In this document: positions 16,398-25,716 of the stretch, piece by piece
How positions within the stretch are numbered: the stretch's first letter is position 1
Layout of the letters: each line of letters starts with the position of its first letter
From: an uncultured Mediterraneibacter sp.
Lineage (GTDB): Bacteria > Bacillota > Clostridia > Lachnospirales > Lachnospiraceae
DNA length: 64,000 bases
NCBI GenBank assembly: GCA_944377745.1
Contig: CALWFV010000005.1
Span: forward strand, 9,876 to 73,875
Reading direction: 5' to 3'
Position numbers and translations under genes: made by a program
Notes under the pieces: generated by a model
Told to the model about the DNA's origin: nothing
Databases searched by the model: none
What the model saw: only the letters and a program-made list of their open reading frames with translations

Positions 16398-17870
16398 TCA
16401 GATAATAATGCAGACCAGCCCTCCGTTGGAGTCGTTGACGATCTTCTGCATGGTATCCTGAAGCTTTACCTGGCTCTCATCACCTATCATGGTGATCTTG
16501 TTCCGCATTCCGTCTGTCACCAGTTCCTCAATGGATTTCCCGAAGATGTTGGTTCCCCAGACTCCTTCCGGGGTCTCGCTCTCTTTCTTTATATATTCCA
16601 CCAGATCCTCGGCCTGTTTCTCGCTTCCCACAATAGGCGCGATCTCCGTCTCGATGTTGGCGCGGATCATATGGATGGACGGCGCCTCGGACCGGATCTT
16701 CACCCCGTACTTGCTGCCCTGTTTGATGATGACTGGATCATCCAGCCGGATATCCTCTTTCCTCGGGCTGACCACACCGTATCCTTTCATCTTCACATCC
16801 GTAAATGCGTCACGGATCTGGCTGAACTCCTCTTTCATGGCGGAGAGTTCTTTCATTGCAGTGATCAGTTCATACTCCCCCCGGATCTGTGTCCCGGTCA
16901 GCTCACTTAAGACTTCGTAGTAATATTTCTGTTCAAATCCGATCCGGATCTTCACCTTTCCGGTGTCCATCTCGATCTTTTCCACCGCGATACTGTTTAT
17001 GTACGGGCTGTCTGTCTCAACGGGGCGGGAAACGGCGCTGCGGATGTCCTCAATGTTATCCATCACATTCTTTATATTCTCCAGAAGGTCCTGCTTGATC
17101 CGATGATCCCTGGAGAGCATCTCCACCCATTTGGGAAGATAGAACTCTACTTCCGTGATCGGGAATTCATAGAGCACCTGCCGCATGATCTCATGGATAT
17201 CCTCTGGTTTAAGCTGCTCACAGTTGACCGGAAAGACGGAAACTTTATATTTCTCCTCCAGTTCTTCCTTCAGGGCTTTCGCCTCCTCAGAGTAGGGTTT
17301 GCGGCAGTTCAGGAGGATCAGGAAGGGTTTCCCGATGGACTGAAGTTCTTTTACCGTCTTCTCCTCCGCAGGGATATAGTTCTCCCTGGGCAAATCTGTC
17401 ACGCTCCCGTCCGTTGTCACCACAAATCCGATGGTGGCATGGTCGTGGATCACTTTCTGAGTCCCGATGGCCGCTGCCTTCGTAAATGGGATCTCATACT
17501 CGAACCAGGGCGTCTTCACCTGTCTCTCCTTATCGTTTTCAATATGCCCGGACGCCCCTTCCACCATGTATCCCACACAGTCAATGAGCCGGATCTTCAC
17601 CTCCACATCTTCGGAGAGCCTCACCGACGCCGCCTCCTTTGGGACAAATTTGGGCTCTGTCGTCATGATCGTAGTTCCGGACGCGGACTGGGGCAGCTCA
17701 TCCTGTGTTCTTTCTCTTGCATGCTCATCTGTCATATTCGGCAGGACAAGGAGATCCATAAACCGCTTGATAAACGTTGACTTGCCTGTCCGAACCGGAC
17801 CGACGACGCCGATATAGATCTCCCCGTTCGTCCGTGCTTTCATATCCCTGTATACCTGAAATGAATCCAT
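16398..17870 (-). CDS. spoIVA: Stage IV sporulation protein A
   Basis: FQVYRDMKARTNGEIYIGVVGPVRTGKSTFIKRFM is the SpoIVA N-terminal Walker A region. It is ~490 aa. AAGGGGG RBS precedes the ATG at 17870. Confidence 0.95.
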   Translation of the reverse strand: MDSFQVYRDMKARTNGEIYIGVVGPVRTGKSTFIKRFMDLLVLPNMTDEHARERTQDELPQSASGTTIMTTEPKFVPKEAASVRLSEDVEVKIRLIDCVGYMVEGASGHIENDKERQVKTPWFEYEIPFTKAAAIGTQKVIHDHATIGFVVTTDGSVTDLPRENYIPAEEKTVKELQSIGKPFLILLNCRKPYSEEAKALKEELEEKYKVSVFPVNCEQLKPEDIHEIMRQVLYEFPITEVEFYLPKWVEMLSRDHRIKQDLLENIKNVMDNIEDIRSAVSRPVETDSPYINSIAVEKIEMDTGKVKIRIGFEQKYYYEVLSELTGTQIRGEYELITAMKELSAMKEEFSQIRDAFTDVKMKGYGVVSPRKEDIRLDDPVIIKQGSKYGVKIRSEAPSIHMIRANIETEIAPIVGSEKQAEDLVEYIKKESETPEGVWGTNIFGKSIEELVTDGMRNKITMIGDESQVKLQDTMQKIVNDSNGGLVCIII

Positions 17871-17898
17871 AGAAATACCCCCTTGTTCTGCTGATACC

Positions 17899-17928
17899 AA
17901 TGTATGCAGCGCCCAGGGGGGTTATGAC
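17899..17928 (-). promoter_or_regulatory. Sigma-E-like (mother-cell) promoter upstream of spoIVA
   Basis: On the minus strand, GTCATAA-14 nt-CATACATT matches the sigma-E -35 (..ATA..) and -10 (CATACA.T) consensus. B. subtilis spoIVA is sigma-E dependent. Confidence 0.5.
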
Positions 17929-17959
17929 TTTCTTTCTTCTGTTTTTCAAGAAGCTTCCT

Positions 17960-18973
17960 CTATTCGTTCCACATAAGCGCCATGTTCTCGCTCCGGGACT
18001 CCCTCATCATCAGGTCGTCCACAGCTTCCGCCGGGGATTTTCCTTCAAAGAGGACCTTGTTCACTTCCTCCACGATAGGCATGGATACGCCGTACTTCTT
18101 TGCAAGCTTTGCCGCCGCCTTTGCGGAATAGACGCCTTCCACCACCATCTTCACCTCATCCATCGCCTCCTGCATGGACTTGCCCTGTCCCATCAGATAG
18201 CCTGCCTTGCGGTTCCGGCTGTGGACGCTGGCGCAGGTAACGATCAGGTCGCCGATGCCGGTAAGCCCGGTAAAGGTCTCGATCTTCCCGCCCATCTTTA
18301 CGCCCAGGCGCGCGATCTCCGCGATCCCTCTGGTGATGAGGGCTGCTTTTGTATTGTCGCCGTAGCCCAGCCCGTCCGCGATGCCGGCTGCCAGGGCGAT
18401 GACATTCTTCAGGGATCCGCCCAGCTCGATCCCCAGGATATCCGGGCTGGTATAAACGCGGAACACCTTGCTGATGAACATGGACTGGAGATACTCCGCC
18501 GTCTTCCTCGTCTTCGCGCCGATCACGCAGGTCGTTGGAAGCTTTCTCCCCACTTCCTCCGCATGGCTTGGACCGGAGAGGACAGCCACATCCGCCTGGG
18601 GTATTTCTTCCCCGATCTGGACGGACAGGGTTTTCAGAGTGGACTCTTCAATCCCTTTCGCCACGTCCACGATGATCTGTCCCTCCGCCACATAGGGCCG
18701 CATATTCCGTGCCGTGGACCTGGTATAGATAGAGGGCACTGCGAGGACAAGGAAATCCTTTCCCCGGATCGTCTCTTCCATATCATTGGTGATGACCATA
18801 TCCTGAGGGAGTTTCACCCCCGGCAGCTTCTGGAGATGCTCCCGCTTCTCGTCCAGCATCTTCACCTCATCCTTATCGATGGACCACACTGTTACCTGAT
18901 GACCGTTATCGCTCAGCAGGACGGAAAGGGCAGTTCCCCAGCTTCCCGCGCCGAGCACACCTACATTTGCCAT
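17960..18973 (-). CDS. gpsA: NAD(P)H-dependent glycerol-3-phosphate dehydrogenase
   Basis: N-terminal VLGAGSWGTALS Rossmann motif, with typical length and context next to plsY/der. Confidence 0.95.
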   Translation of the reverse strand: MANVGVLGAGSWGTALSVLLSDNGHQVTVWSIDKDEVKMLDEKREHLQKLPGVKLPQDMVITNDMEETIRGKDFLVLAVPSIYTRSTARNMRPYVAEGQIIVDVAKGIEESTLKTLSVQIGEEIPQADVAVLSGPSHAEEVGRKLPTTCVIGAKTRKTAEYLQSMFISKVFRVYTSPDILGIELGGSLKNVIALAAGIADGLGYGDNTKAALITRGIAEIARLGVKMGGKIETFTGLTGIGDLIVTCASVHSRNRKAGYLMGQGKSMQEAMDEVKMVVEGVYSAKAAAKLAKKYGVSMPIVEEVNKVLFEGKSPAEAVDDLMMRESRSENMALMWNE

Positions 18974-18979
18974 GATCGT

Positions 18980-19636
18980 CTACTCCTTTTTCTTCGCTCC
19001 GAATTTATTTTCAGTTCCTGACATAAGCCTGCCGATATTTGCCCTGTGACGGTAAAATGCAAGCGCCGTCATCAGGAACAGCAGGATATAAAGTTCATAC
19101 AGCCTTGCCGGTTCCATATCAAGCCAGCCCCTCTGCCCTGCCAGGATCATCTCAATGAGAAACGCGGTGTATGCCATGAGCGATCCCACTGATATGTACC
19201 TTGTGATGATCACCGGAACCAGGAAAAAAGCAAGCGTGACCGGGATCATCAGAAGGCTCTCCGGCAGGCTCCAGAAGCTGTTTGCCGCCACAAGCCCTGC
19301 CATCACCGCGATTCCTTTTCCTCCCTTGAAGTTCATATAGAAGGGAAAGTTGTGTCCCAGCGTCACTCCCGCCCCGGCGTACATCGCCAGCAGCGGCAGA
19401 CAGTCGCTCCCCCGGAAGAGAAAGCAGGTGATCACCACCGCCGCAGCGCATTTGAGCACGTCCCCGAAGAAAGTCAGAATCCCGGCCTTCCATCCGATGA
19501 CCCGCAGGGCGTTGGTCGTCCCCGCGTTCCCGCTCCCCTGTTTCCTGATATCAATGTGATTCATCTTCCCGACGATATAGCCGGTCTGAAGCAGTCCGCA
19601 CACATACCCGACTGCAAGGCATACCAAACGTTCCAT
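18980..19636 (-). CDS. plsY: Glycerol-3-phosphate acyltransferase PlsY
   Basis: The GSGNAGTTN motif in a polytopic membrane protein of ~218 aa. Confidence 0.95.
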   Translation of the reverse strand: MERLVCLAVGYVCGLLQTGYIVGKMNHIDIRKQGSGNAGTTNALRVIGWKAGILTFFGDVLKCAAAVVITCFLFRGSDCLPLLAMYAGAGVTLGHNFPFYMNFKGGKGIAVMAGLVAANSFWSLPESLLMIPVTLAFFLVPVIITRYISVGSLMAYTAFLIEMILAGQRGWLDMEPARLYELYILLFLMTALAFYRHRANIGRLMSGTENKFGAKKKE

Positions 19637-19640
19637 CCCT

Positions 19641-20969
19641 CTACTGCTCCTTTTCCTTTCTCTCTCTTATAAAGAACTTCAGCGAAGTCCCCCGGAAGCC
19701 GAAAGCCTCTCTGATCTTGTTTTCCAGATATCTTGTGTAAGAAAAATGCATCAGTTCCTTGTCGTTGACAAAGATCACGAACGTAGGCGGTTTGACCGAC
19801 ACCTGCGTAATGTAGTAAAGCTTGAGTCTCTTTCCCTTGTCCGACGGGGGCTGCTGCATCGCCACAGCCTCTGTCATGATCTCATTTAAGACGCCTGTGG
19901 CGATCCTTAATGTCTGGTTCTCGATCACCATATCGATCATGTTGTACAGCCTGTTCAGTCTCTGTCCGGTCAGGGCGGACACATACATGATCTCCGCATA
20001 AGGCATATAAGAGAGGGTCTGGCGGATCTTCGCCTCATACTCCCTCATAGTACGGTCATTCTTCTCGATGGCGTCCCATTTGTTCACCACGATGATCACG
20101 CCCTTCCCCCTCTCGTGGGCGATCCCGGCGATCTTCGCATCCTGCTCGGTCACGCCCTCCGTGGCGTCGATGACCATGAGCACCACATCCGCCCGCTCCA
20201 CCGCAGTGACAGTACGGATGATGCTGTAGCGCTCCAGCTCCTCCTTGATCTTGTTCTTTCTGCGGAGTCCTGCCGTATCGATAAAGATATATTCTTTCCT
20301 GTTGTAGACGATCTCCGTATCCACTGCGTCCCTGGTGGTTCCGGCAATGTCCGAGACGATCACCCGGTTCTCCCCCAGAAGCTTGTTGACGATGGAGGAT
20401 TTCCCCACGTTGGGCTTTCCGACAATGGCAACTCTCGGGCGGTCGTCCTCTTCCTCTTCCCCGGCTCCCTCCGGGAAATGTTCTGCAACCACTTCCAGCA
20501 TATCTCCCAGACCGAGCCGGGAAGCCGCTGAGATCGGGATCGGGTCGCCGATCCCCAGGTTGTAGAACTCATACACATCAGGCATGAGTTTCTCAAAATT
20601 GTCCACTTTATTGACCACCAGGACCACCGGCTTCGCTGACCTTCTCAGCATATCGGCGACTTTGGAATCCGCATCTGTAAGCCCCTGGCGAACATCCGTG
20701 ATAAAGACGATCACATCCGCCGTATCGATGGCGATCTGCGCCTGTTCCCTCATCTGGGAGAGGATCACGTCCCTGCTGTCAGGCTCGATCCCTCCCGTGT
20801 CTATCATTGTAAATTCTTTGTCCAACCAGGATATGTCCGCATAGATCCTGTCTCTTGTAACTCCGGGCGTGTCCTTGACGATGGAGATTTTCTCCCCCGC
20901 CAGAGCATTGAAAAGTGTGGATTTCCCCACATTCGGGCGTCCCACTATGGCAACTACCGGTTTACTCAT
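19641..20969 (-). CDS. der: Ribosome-biogenesis GTPase Der (EngA)
   Basis: Two tandem G domains (GRPNVGKST and GKPNVGKSS) plus a KH-like C-terminus. Confidence 0.95.
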   Translation of the reverse strand: MSKPVVAIVGRPNVGKSTLFNALAGEKISIVKDTPGVTRDRIYADISWLDKEFTMIDTGGIEPDSRDVILSQMREQAQIAIDTADVIVFITDVRQGLTDADSKVADMLRRSAKPVVLVVNKVDNFEKLMPDVYEFYNLGIGDPIPISAASRLGLGDMLEVVAEHFPEGAGEEEEDDRPRVAIVGKPNVGKSSIVNKLLGENRVIVSDIAGTTRDAVDTEIVYNRKEYIFIDTAGLRRKNKIKEELERYSIIRTVTAVERADVVLMVIDATEGVTEQDAKIAGIAHERGKGVIIVVNKWDAIEKNDRTMREYEAKIRQTLSYMPYAEIMYVSALTGQRLNRLYNMIDMVIENQTLRIATGVLNEIMTEAVAMQQPPSDKGKRLKLYYITQVSVKPPTFVIFVNDKELMHFSYTRYLENKIREAFGFRGTSLKFFIRERKEKEQ

Positions 20970-20976
20970 TTTATCA

Positions 20977-22359
20977 TTACCTTTCTTGAATTATTCCCTG
21001 TTTCATTTCTTCTTCGTTTCTCTTTCTGTTCCCTTCGGACTCCTCCCGCGTGAAAGCGCGGATCAGATCCTGCCCGCTTGATTTTACAATATCGACCGGC
21101 ACTTGTAAAGCGTCAGATACGTCTTTTACCGTGAGATCATCCAGAAATACGTCCGCATCCGCCTTCAGCATATTGCAGGGGAGGAGAAGGGCGCTTCCCA
21201 GCTCTTTCCCTTTCAACTGGGCAATGATATCCTGCCCCGTGATCAGTCCGGAGACAGTGATCCTCTCCCCGAAAAAGTCGTTGCGGATACAGTACACATG
21301 GATCTTCACTCCCGGATATTTCTCTTCGATCCGATCCGCCATCTTCCGGATATATGGAAAGGCAAGCTTCCCTGTGGCGGCGGAGAGTTCCACTCTCCTG
21401 TCATCCCCTTTCATCTCCCTGAAGCCTTCCTCAAACTCGTTGAAAAGAAGACGCAGCATGCCCACTCCGTTTTCCAGCTGGAGATAGCCGTCGTAACGTT
21501 CCTCCTCAGGAACCTCCTCCTCCGCCAGAAGATACCATTCATCTCCCGCATGGATGAAATGCAGACCGTATTCGTCATAGATTTTTCTCTGCCAGCGGTG
21601 GATGACCTCCAGCACTTCTTTAGCCTCTTCTTTTGTAAATGGCTCCAGCGAATACAGTCCCTCCCGGAACCTGGTCAGCCCCACCGGGACAACGGAAACG
21701 CTCTTCAGAAGAGGAAGATATCCCGTCAGATCCCGGATGGATCTCTCCAGTTCCTCTCCGTCGTTTACTCCTTTGCAGAGCACGATCTGACCATTCATCT
21801 CGATCCCGCCCTGATAGAGAAGATCCACCTTTTTCAGGGCGTCGCCGGCAAAGCGGTTGTGGAGCATCCTGCATCTCAGCTCCGGATTTGTGGTCTGAAA
21901 AGAAATATTGATGGGCTCCAGACGGTACCGGATGATCCGCTCGATATCATGTTCGCTCATGTTCGTCAGAGTCACATAATTTCCCTGGAGAAAAGAGAGT
22001 CTGGAATCATCGTCCTTAAAATACAGAGTATCCCGCATCCCCGGCGGCATCTGGTCGATAAAGCAGAAGATGCACCGGTTGCAGCAGGAACGGTACTCGT
22101 CCATCAGCCCAGCCCCAAATCCGATCCCGAGTGATTCATCCGGATCTTTCTCAATCTCCAGTTCCCACTGTTCCCCGTCCGGTTTTTCAATAAGAAGGAG
22201 CAGTTCCTCATCTTCTACATAATACTGATAGTCAAAGATATCCTCGATCTCCTGTCCGTTGATTGAGAGCAGCCTGTCCCCCGGCTCGATCCCCAGCTCT
22301 TCGGCAATACTGTTTTTTTCCACGGTCTCTACGATATGTTCATGTTTCTTCTTCAACAC
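20977..22359 (-). CDS. DUF512 protein (PDZ plus radical-SAM-like domain)
   Basis: The PDZ-like N-terminus SIAEELGIEPGDRLLSINGQEI, CCNRCIFC (CxxxCxxC) and the C-terminal DUF512 domain. GTG start at 22359 with GAGGAG 6 nt upstream. The longer ORF-track start runs into repeat/promoter DNA. Confidence 0.8.
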   Translation of the reverse strand: MLKKKHEHIVETVEKNSIAEELGIEPGDRLLSINGQEIEDIFDYQYYVEDEELLLLIEKPDGEQWELEIEKDPDESLGIGFGAGLMDEYRSCCNRCIFCFIDQMPPGMRDTLYFKDDDSRLSFLQGNYVTLTNMSEHDIERIIRYRLEPINISFQTTNPELRCRMLHNRFAGDALKKVDLLYQGGIEMNGQIVLCKGVNDGEELERSIRDLTGYLPLLKSVSVVPVGLTRFREGLYSLEPFTKEEAKEVLEVIHRWQRKIYDEYGLHFIHAGDEWYLLAEEEVPEEERYDGYLQLENGVGMLRLLFNEFEEGFREMKGDDRRVELSAATGKLAFPYIRKMADRIEEKYPGVKIHVYCIRNDFFGERITVSGLITGQDIIAQLKGKELGSALLLPCNMLKADADVFLDDLTVKDVSDALQVPVDIVKSSGQDLIRAFTREESEGNRKRNEEEMKQGIIQER

Positions 22360-22399
22360 TTCAAACTCCTCAGTCAGTTGTCGTCCGCGCAGCGGAACA

Positions 22400-22544
22400 C
22401 AATCATTATACCACGTGCGCAGAAAAGGAAGCGCCGCGGAGCGGCATTTACTTTTCAAGCCGTGGCTTGCCAGGTATAATCCCCGCAAAGCGGGGCAGAC
22501 CGATTTTATCGGTCTGGATTGCGCTTTGCGCAATCATTATACCA
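22400..22544 (-). repeat. Duplicated extended -10 box flanking a hairpin cluster
   Basis: CAATCATTATACCA occurs at 22400-22413 and 22531-22544. On the minus strand this reads TGGTATAATGATTG. Five short GC hairpins lie between the two copies. Confidence 0.7.
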
Positions 22545-22571
22545 TACTTCCCCCACTCCGCAAAGCCGTGC

Positions 22572-22600
22572 TTGAATTTAGAAACAAAAAATGATATAAA
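22572..22600 (+). promoter_or_regulatory. Candidate sigma-A promoter for prs
   Basis: TTGAAT-17 nt-TATAAA with TG at -15/-14, ~95 nt upstream of the prs ATG. Confidence 0.5.
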
Positions 22601-22697
22601 GATATATGAAAACAGTCCGTCCTGAGAGCGGACATCACTCGACAGTTCAGCCATGCAGACTGGCTGTCGCGACAACATCTTATCACAGGAGAAAAAC

Positions 22698-23882
22698 ATG
22701 TCAACGAATATCGAATTACTGGAAAAGACTCTCCCTGTGGCCCCCTTAAAGATCGCAGCCATGGAAAGCTGCCGGGAACTGGGCCAGAAAGTAAACGATT
22801 ATATCGTATCCTTCCGGGAGAACACGATCAACGAAGTAACCGAATCCCCCCTGTATGTCAATTACAAATCAAATAACTACCTGGTTGACTGCAAATGTCC
22901 CCGTTTCGGAACAGGTGAAGCAAAGGGCGTCCTTAAGGAGACTATTCGAGGGACAGATCTCTTTATCATGACCGACGTGTGCAACTACAGTCTGACATAT
23001 ACGGTGAGCGGACATCTCAACCACATGTCCCCTGACGACCACTATCAGGATCTGAAGCGCATCATCGCCGCAGCCACCGGAAAGGCCCACCGCATCAATG
23101 TGATCATGCCGTTCCTCTATGAAAGCCGGCAGCACAAGCGCACGAAAAGAGAGTCGCTTGACTGCGCCCTGGCGCTTGAGGAACTTCACTCCATGGGCGT
23201 GACGAACATTATCACCTTCGATGCTCACGATCCCCGTGTGCAGAACGCGATCCCATTAAGTGGATTTGACAGTTTCAATCCGCCGTATCAGTTTATGAAA
23301 GCACTGTTCCGGGCTGTCCCGGATATCCAGCCGGATAAAGATCACCTGATGATCATCAGCCCCGACGAAGGCGCGATGCACCGCGCGGTATATCTCTCCA
23401 ACGTCCTGGGCGTAGATATGGGTATGTTCTATAAACGAAGAGACTATTCCGTCATCGTGAACGGAAAGAACCCGATCGTAGCTCATGAATTCCTCGGCGA
23501 CGACGTAGCGGGCAAAGATGTGATCATCATGGACGATATGATCTCTTCCGGGGAAAGCATGCTGGATGTGGCAAAACAGCTCAAGGAGCGCAAGGCCGCC
23601 AGAGTGTTCGTCTGCACCACGTTCGGCCTGTTCACCGACGGCTTTGACAAGTTTGACGACTATTTTGAAAAGGGATATATCAACAACGTCATCACTACAA
23701 ATCTGACGTATCTTCCGCCGGAGCTTTACCGAAAATCGTACTTTATCCAGGCGGATATGAGCAAGTTCCTTGCTTTGATCATCGACTCTCTGAACCACGA
23801 TATAACGATCGGGACGGTCATGAATCCGACAGACAAGATCCACACTCTTCTCGAGAAAAAGACTCGGGGAGAAATAATCTGA
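22698..23882 (+). CDS. prs: Ribose-phosphate diphosphokinase family protein (long form)
   Basis: FDAHDPRV and the PRPP-loop VIIMDDMISSGESM. AGGAGA lies 5 nt before the ATG at 22698. Confidence 0.85.
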   Translation: MSTNIELLEKTLPVAPLKIAAMESCRELGQKVNDYIVSFRENTINEVTESPLYVNYKSNNYLVDCKCPRFGTGEAKGVLKETIRGTDLFIMTDVCNYSLTYTVSGHLNHMSPDDHYQDLKRIIAAATGKAHRINVIMPFLYESRQHKRTKRESLDCALALEELHSMGVTNIITFDAHDPRVQNAIPLSGFDSFNPPYQFMKALFRAVPDIQPDKDHLMIISPDEGAMHRAVYLSNVLGVDMGMFYKRRDYSVIVNGKNPIVAHEFLGDDVAGKDVIIMDDMISSGESMLDVAKQLKERKAARVFVCTTFGLFTDGFDKFDDYFEKGYINNVITTNLTYLPPELYRKSYFIQADMSKFLALIIDSLNHDITIGTVMNPTDKIHTLLEKKTRGEII

Positions 23883-23905
23883 CTTCATTGGGGGCAGGCC
23901 CTTGT

Positions 23906-23930
23906 GCAAAAGGGTCAGGCCCTTTTTGCA
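23906..23930. terminator. Hairpin between convergent prs and the DUF1653 gene
   Basis: GCAAAAGGG-TCAGG-CCCTTTTTGC, with A/T tracts on both sides. Overlapping alternative pairings reach 23956. Confidence 0.45.
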
Positions 23931-23987
23931 TCCGTGCATTGGAGTCTGACCCTTTTAATCTTCTGTATATTCTTTTCGATCTCCGTC

Positions 23988-24476
23988 TCACCGCAGTCTC
24001 CTGCTCTCATATTTCATCTTCGTCTTCAGAAAGCGCATCAGCGCCGCCCAGCGCTCCTCTATCGTCTCCGCGCTCTCGGCAAACTCAAGGCTCTCCGCAG
24101 CCACAGTCAGGAACCGGTCAGTGAGCTGGCTTCTGTGCTTCATCAGAAATTCCGCACGATCCTCATTTTCATCCAGTTCCAGGAATTCCATGATCAGGGA
24201 CTCCTCGCTCACTTCTTTCTTCTCACAGTGTTCTTCCGAAAGTTCTCTTTCACACAGTTCAAAGCGATACTCCTGCTCCGCGTCAGGGTACTTCCTTTTA
24301 TTGGTCTCCCTCAGAAATGCTTCCAGAGCGCTCACATAAACACTGCCTCCCTGAAGCGCCTCATACACGACCATTGTTTCATTCGTCTCTGCGCAGAGCG
24401 CGATGTGCAGCACTCTGTACTTTTTCCCCTTGAAATGTCTGTACACTTCTCCTGCTTTCGGTTTTCTTCGATTCAT
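23988..24476 (-). CDS. DUF1653 domain protein with an acidic C-terminal extension
   Basis: GEVYRHFKGKKYRVLHIALCAETNETMVVYEAL is the DUF1653 core. The start is at MNRRKP. Confidence 0.7.
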   Translation of the reverse strand: MNRRKPKAGEVYRHFKGKKYRVLHIALCAETNETMVVYEALQGGSVYVSALEAFLRETNKRKYPDAEQEYRFELCERELSEEHCEKKEVSEESLIMEFLELDENEDRAEFLMKHRSQLTDRFLTVAAESLEFAESAETIEERWAALMRFLKTKMKYESRRLR

Positions 24477-24499
24477 GAGATGGCTTCCTTTCAATTTTT

Positions 24500-25714
24500 T
24501 TAATAGAGCTTTGCTCCGATCAGTTTGGGACGGAACCCCTTCTTCTCCAGTGCGTCCAGGATCCTGTTCTTATGTTCTGTGCCGAAGGCCTCCATTGTGA
24601 TACGCAGTTCCACCGCCGCATTCCTGTTGGTACTGACAAACTGATTGTGCTCCAGCTTGATGACGTTGCCCTGCTCGTTTGCGATAGTCTGGGCCACCTG
24701 CACCAGCTCACCCGGCTTATCCGGAAGAAGAACGGATACAGAGAAAATACGATCCCTCTGGATCAGTCCGTGCTGTACAATGGAGGACATGGTAATCACA
24801 TCCATGTTTCCGCCGCTTAACAGACATACCACCTTTTTCCCTCTGCAGTCGAGCTGCTTTAAGGCAGCGACAGAGAGAAGGCCGGAATTCTCCACGATCA
24901 TCTTGTGGTTCTCCACCATATCCAGGAAAGCGCCAATCAGCTCGTCATCCTCTACCAGCAGTATGTCGTCCACATTTTCCTGTACATACGGAAGGATCTT
25001 GTCTCCCACCGCCTTAACCGCTGTACCGTCTGCGATAGTGTTGGCGCTCTCCAGTTCCACCACTTCCCCCGCGTTCAGCGCCGCGGTCATGCTTGCCGCC
25101 TCCGCAGGCTCTACGCCAATGACCCTGATCTTCGGATTCAGCATCTTTGCCAGCGTTGCAACTCCCGTGATCAGTCCGCCTCCGCCCACCGGCACAAGGA
25201 TATAGTCCACCGTCGGCAGCTCCTGGACGATCTCCATGGCGATGGTTCCCTGTCCGGTCGCCACATCCAGGTCGTTAAAGGGATGAACAAACGTGTATCC
25301 GTTCTTTTCAGCCAGTTCGCAGGCATATTCATATGCGTCGTCGTATACGTCCCCGTACAGCACCACATCCGCGCCGTAGCTCTTCGTCCGGTTCACCTTG
25401 ATCAGCGGCGTCACTGTAGGCATCACGATGGTCGCCTTGCAGCCAAATTTCTTTGCAGCAAACGCAACACCCTGGGCATGGTTTCCGGCAGAGGCTGTGA
25501 TCAGCCCCCGCTCCCTCTCTGCTTCAGTCAGTGTGCTGATCTTATAGTATGCCCCGCGTATCTTGTAAGCGCCGGTGTGCTGCATATTCTCTGGTTTCAG
25601 ATAGACCTTCCCGCCGGACTGTTCGCTCAGAAAATCACTGTAGATCAGTTTCGTCGGATTGGTCACTTTCTTCACAAGTTCCGTAGCTTCCTCAAATTTT
25701 TCCAGTGTCAGCAT
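24500..25714 (-). CDS. ilvA: Threonine ammonia-lyase (threonine dehydratase) with one ACT-like domain
   Basis: The PLP-lysine region ENMQHTGAYKIRGA and the GGGGL loop, then a C-terminal regulatory domain. Confidence 0.9.
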   Translation of the reverse strand: MLTLEKFEEATELVKKVTNPTKLIYSDFLSEQSGGKVYLKPENMQHTGAYKIRGAYYKISTLTEAERERGLITASAGNHAQGVAFAAKKFGCKATIVMPTVTPLIKVNRTKSYGADVVLYGDVYDDAYEYACELAEKNGYTFVHPFNDLDVATGQGTIAMEIVQELPTVDYILVPVGGGGLITGVATLAKMLNPKIRVIGVEPAEAASMTAALNAGEVVELESANTIADGTAVKAVGDKILPYVQENVDDILLVEDDELIGAFLDMVENHKMIVENSGLLSVAALKQLDCRGKKVVCLLSGGNMDVITMSSIVQHGLIQRDRIFSVSVLLPDKPGELVQVAQTIANEQGNVIKLEHNQFVSTNRNAAVELRITMEAFGTEHKNRILDALEKKGFRPKLIGAKLY

Positions 25715-25716
25715 TC

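Noticed and set aside
22360-22533. N-terminal extension of the DUF512 ORF.
   Set aside because: It runs through the hairpin and -10 cluster. GTG 22359 has GAGGAG 6 nt upstream, and the protein then starts like other DUF512 proteins.
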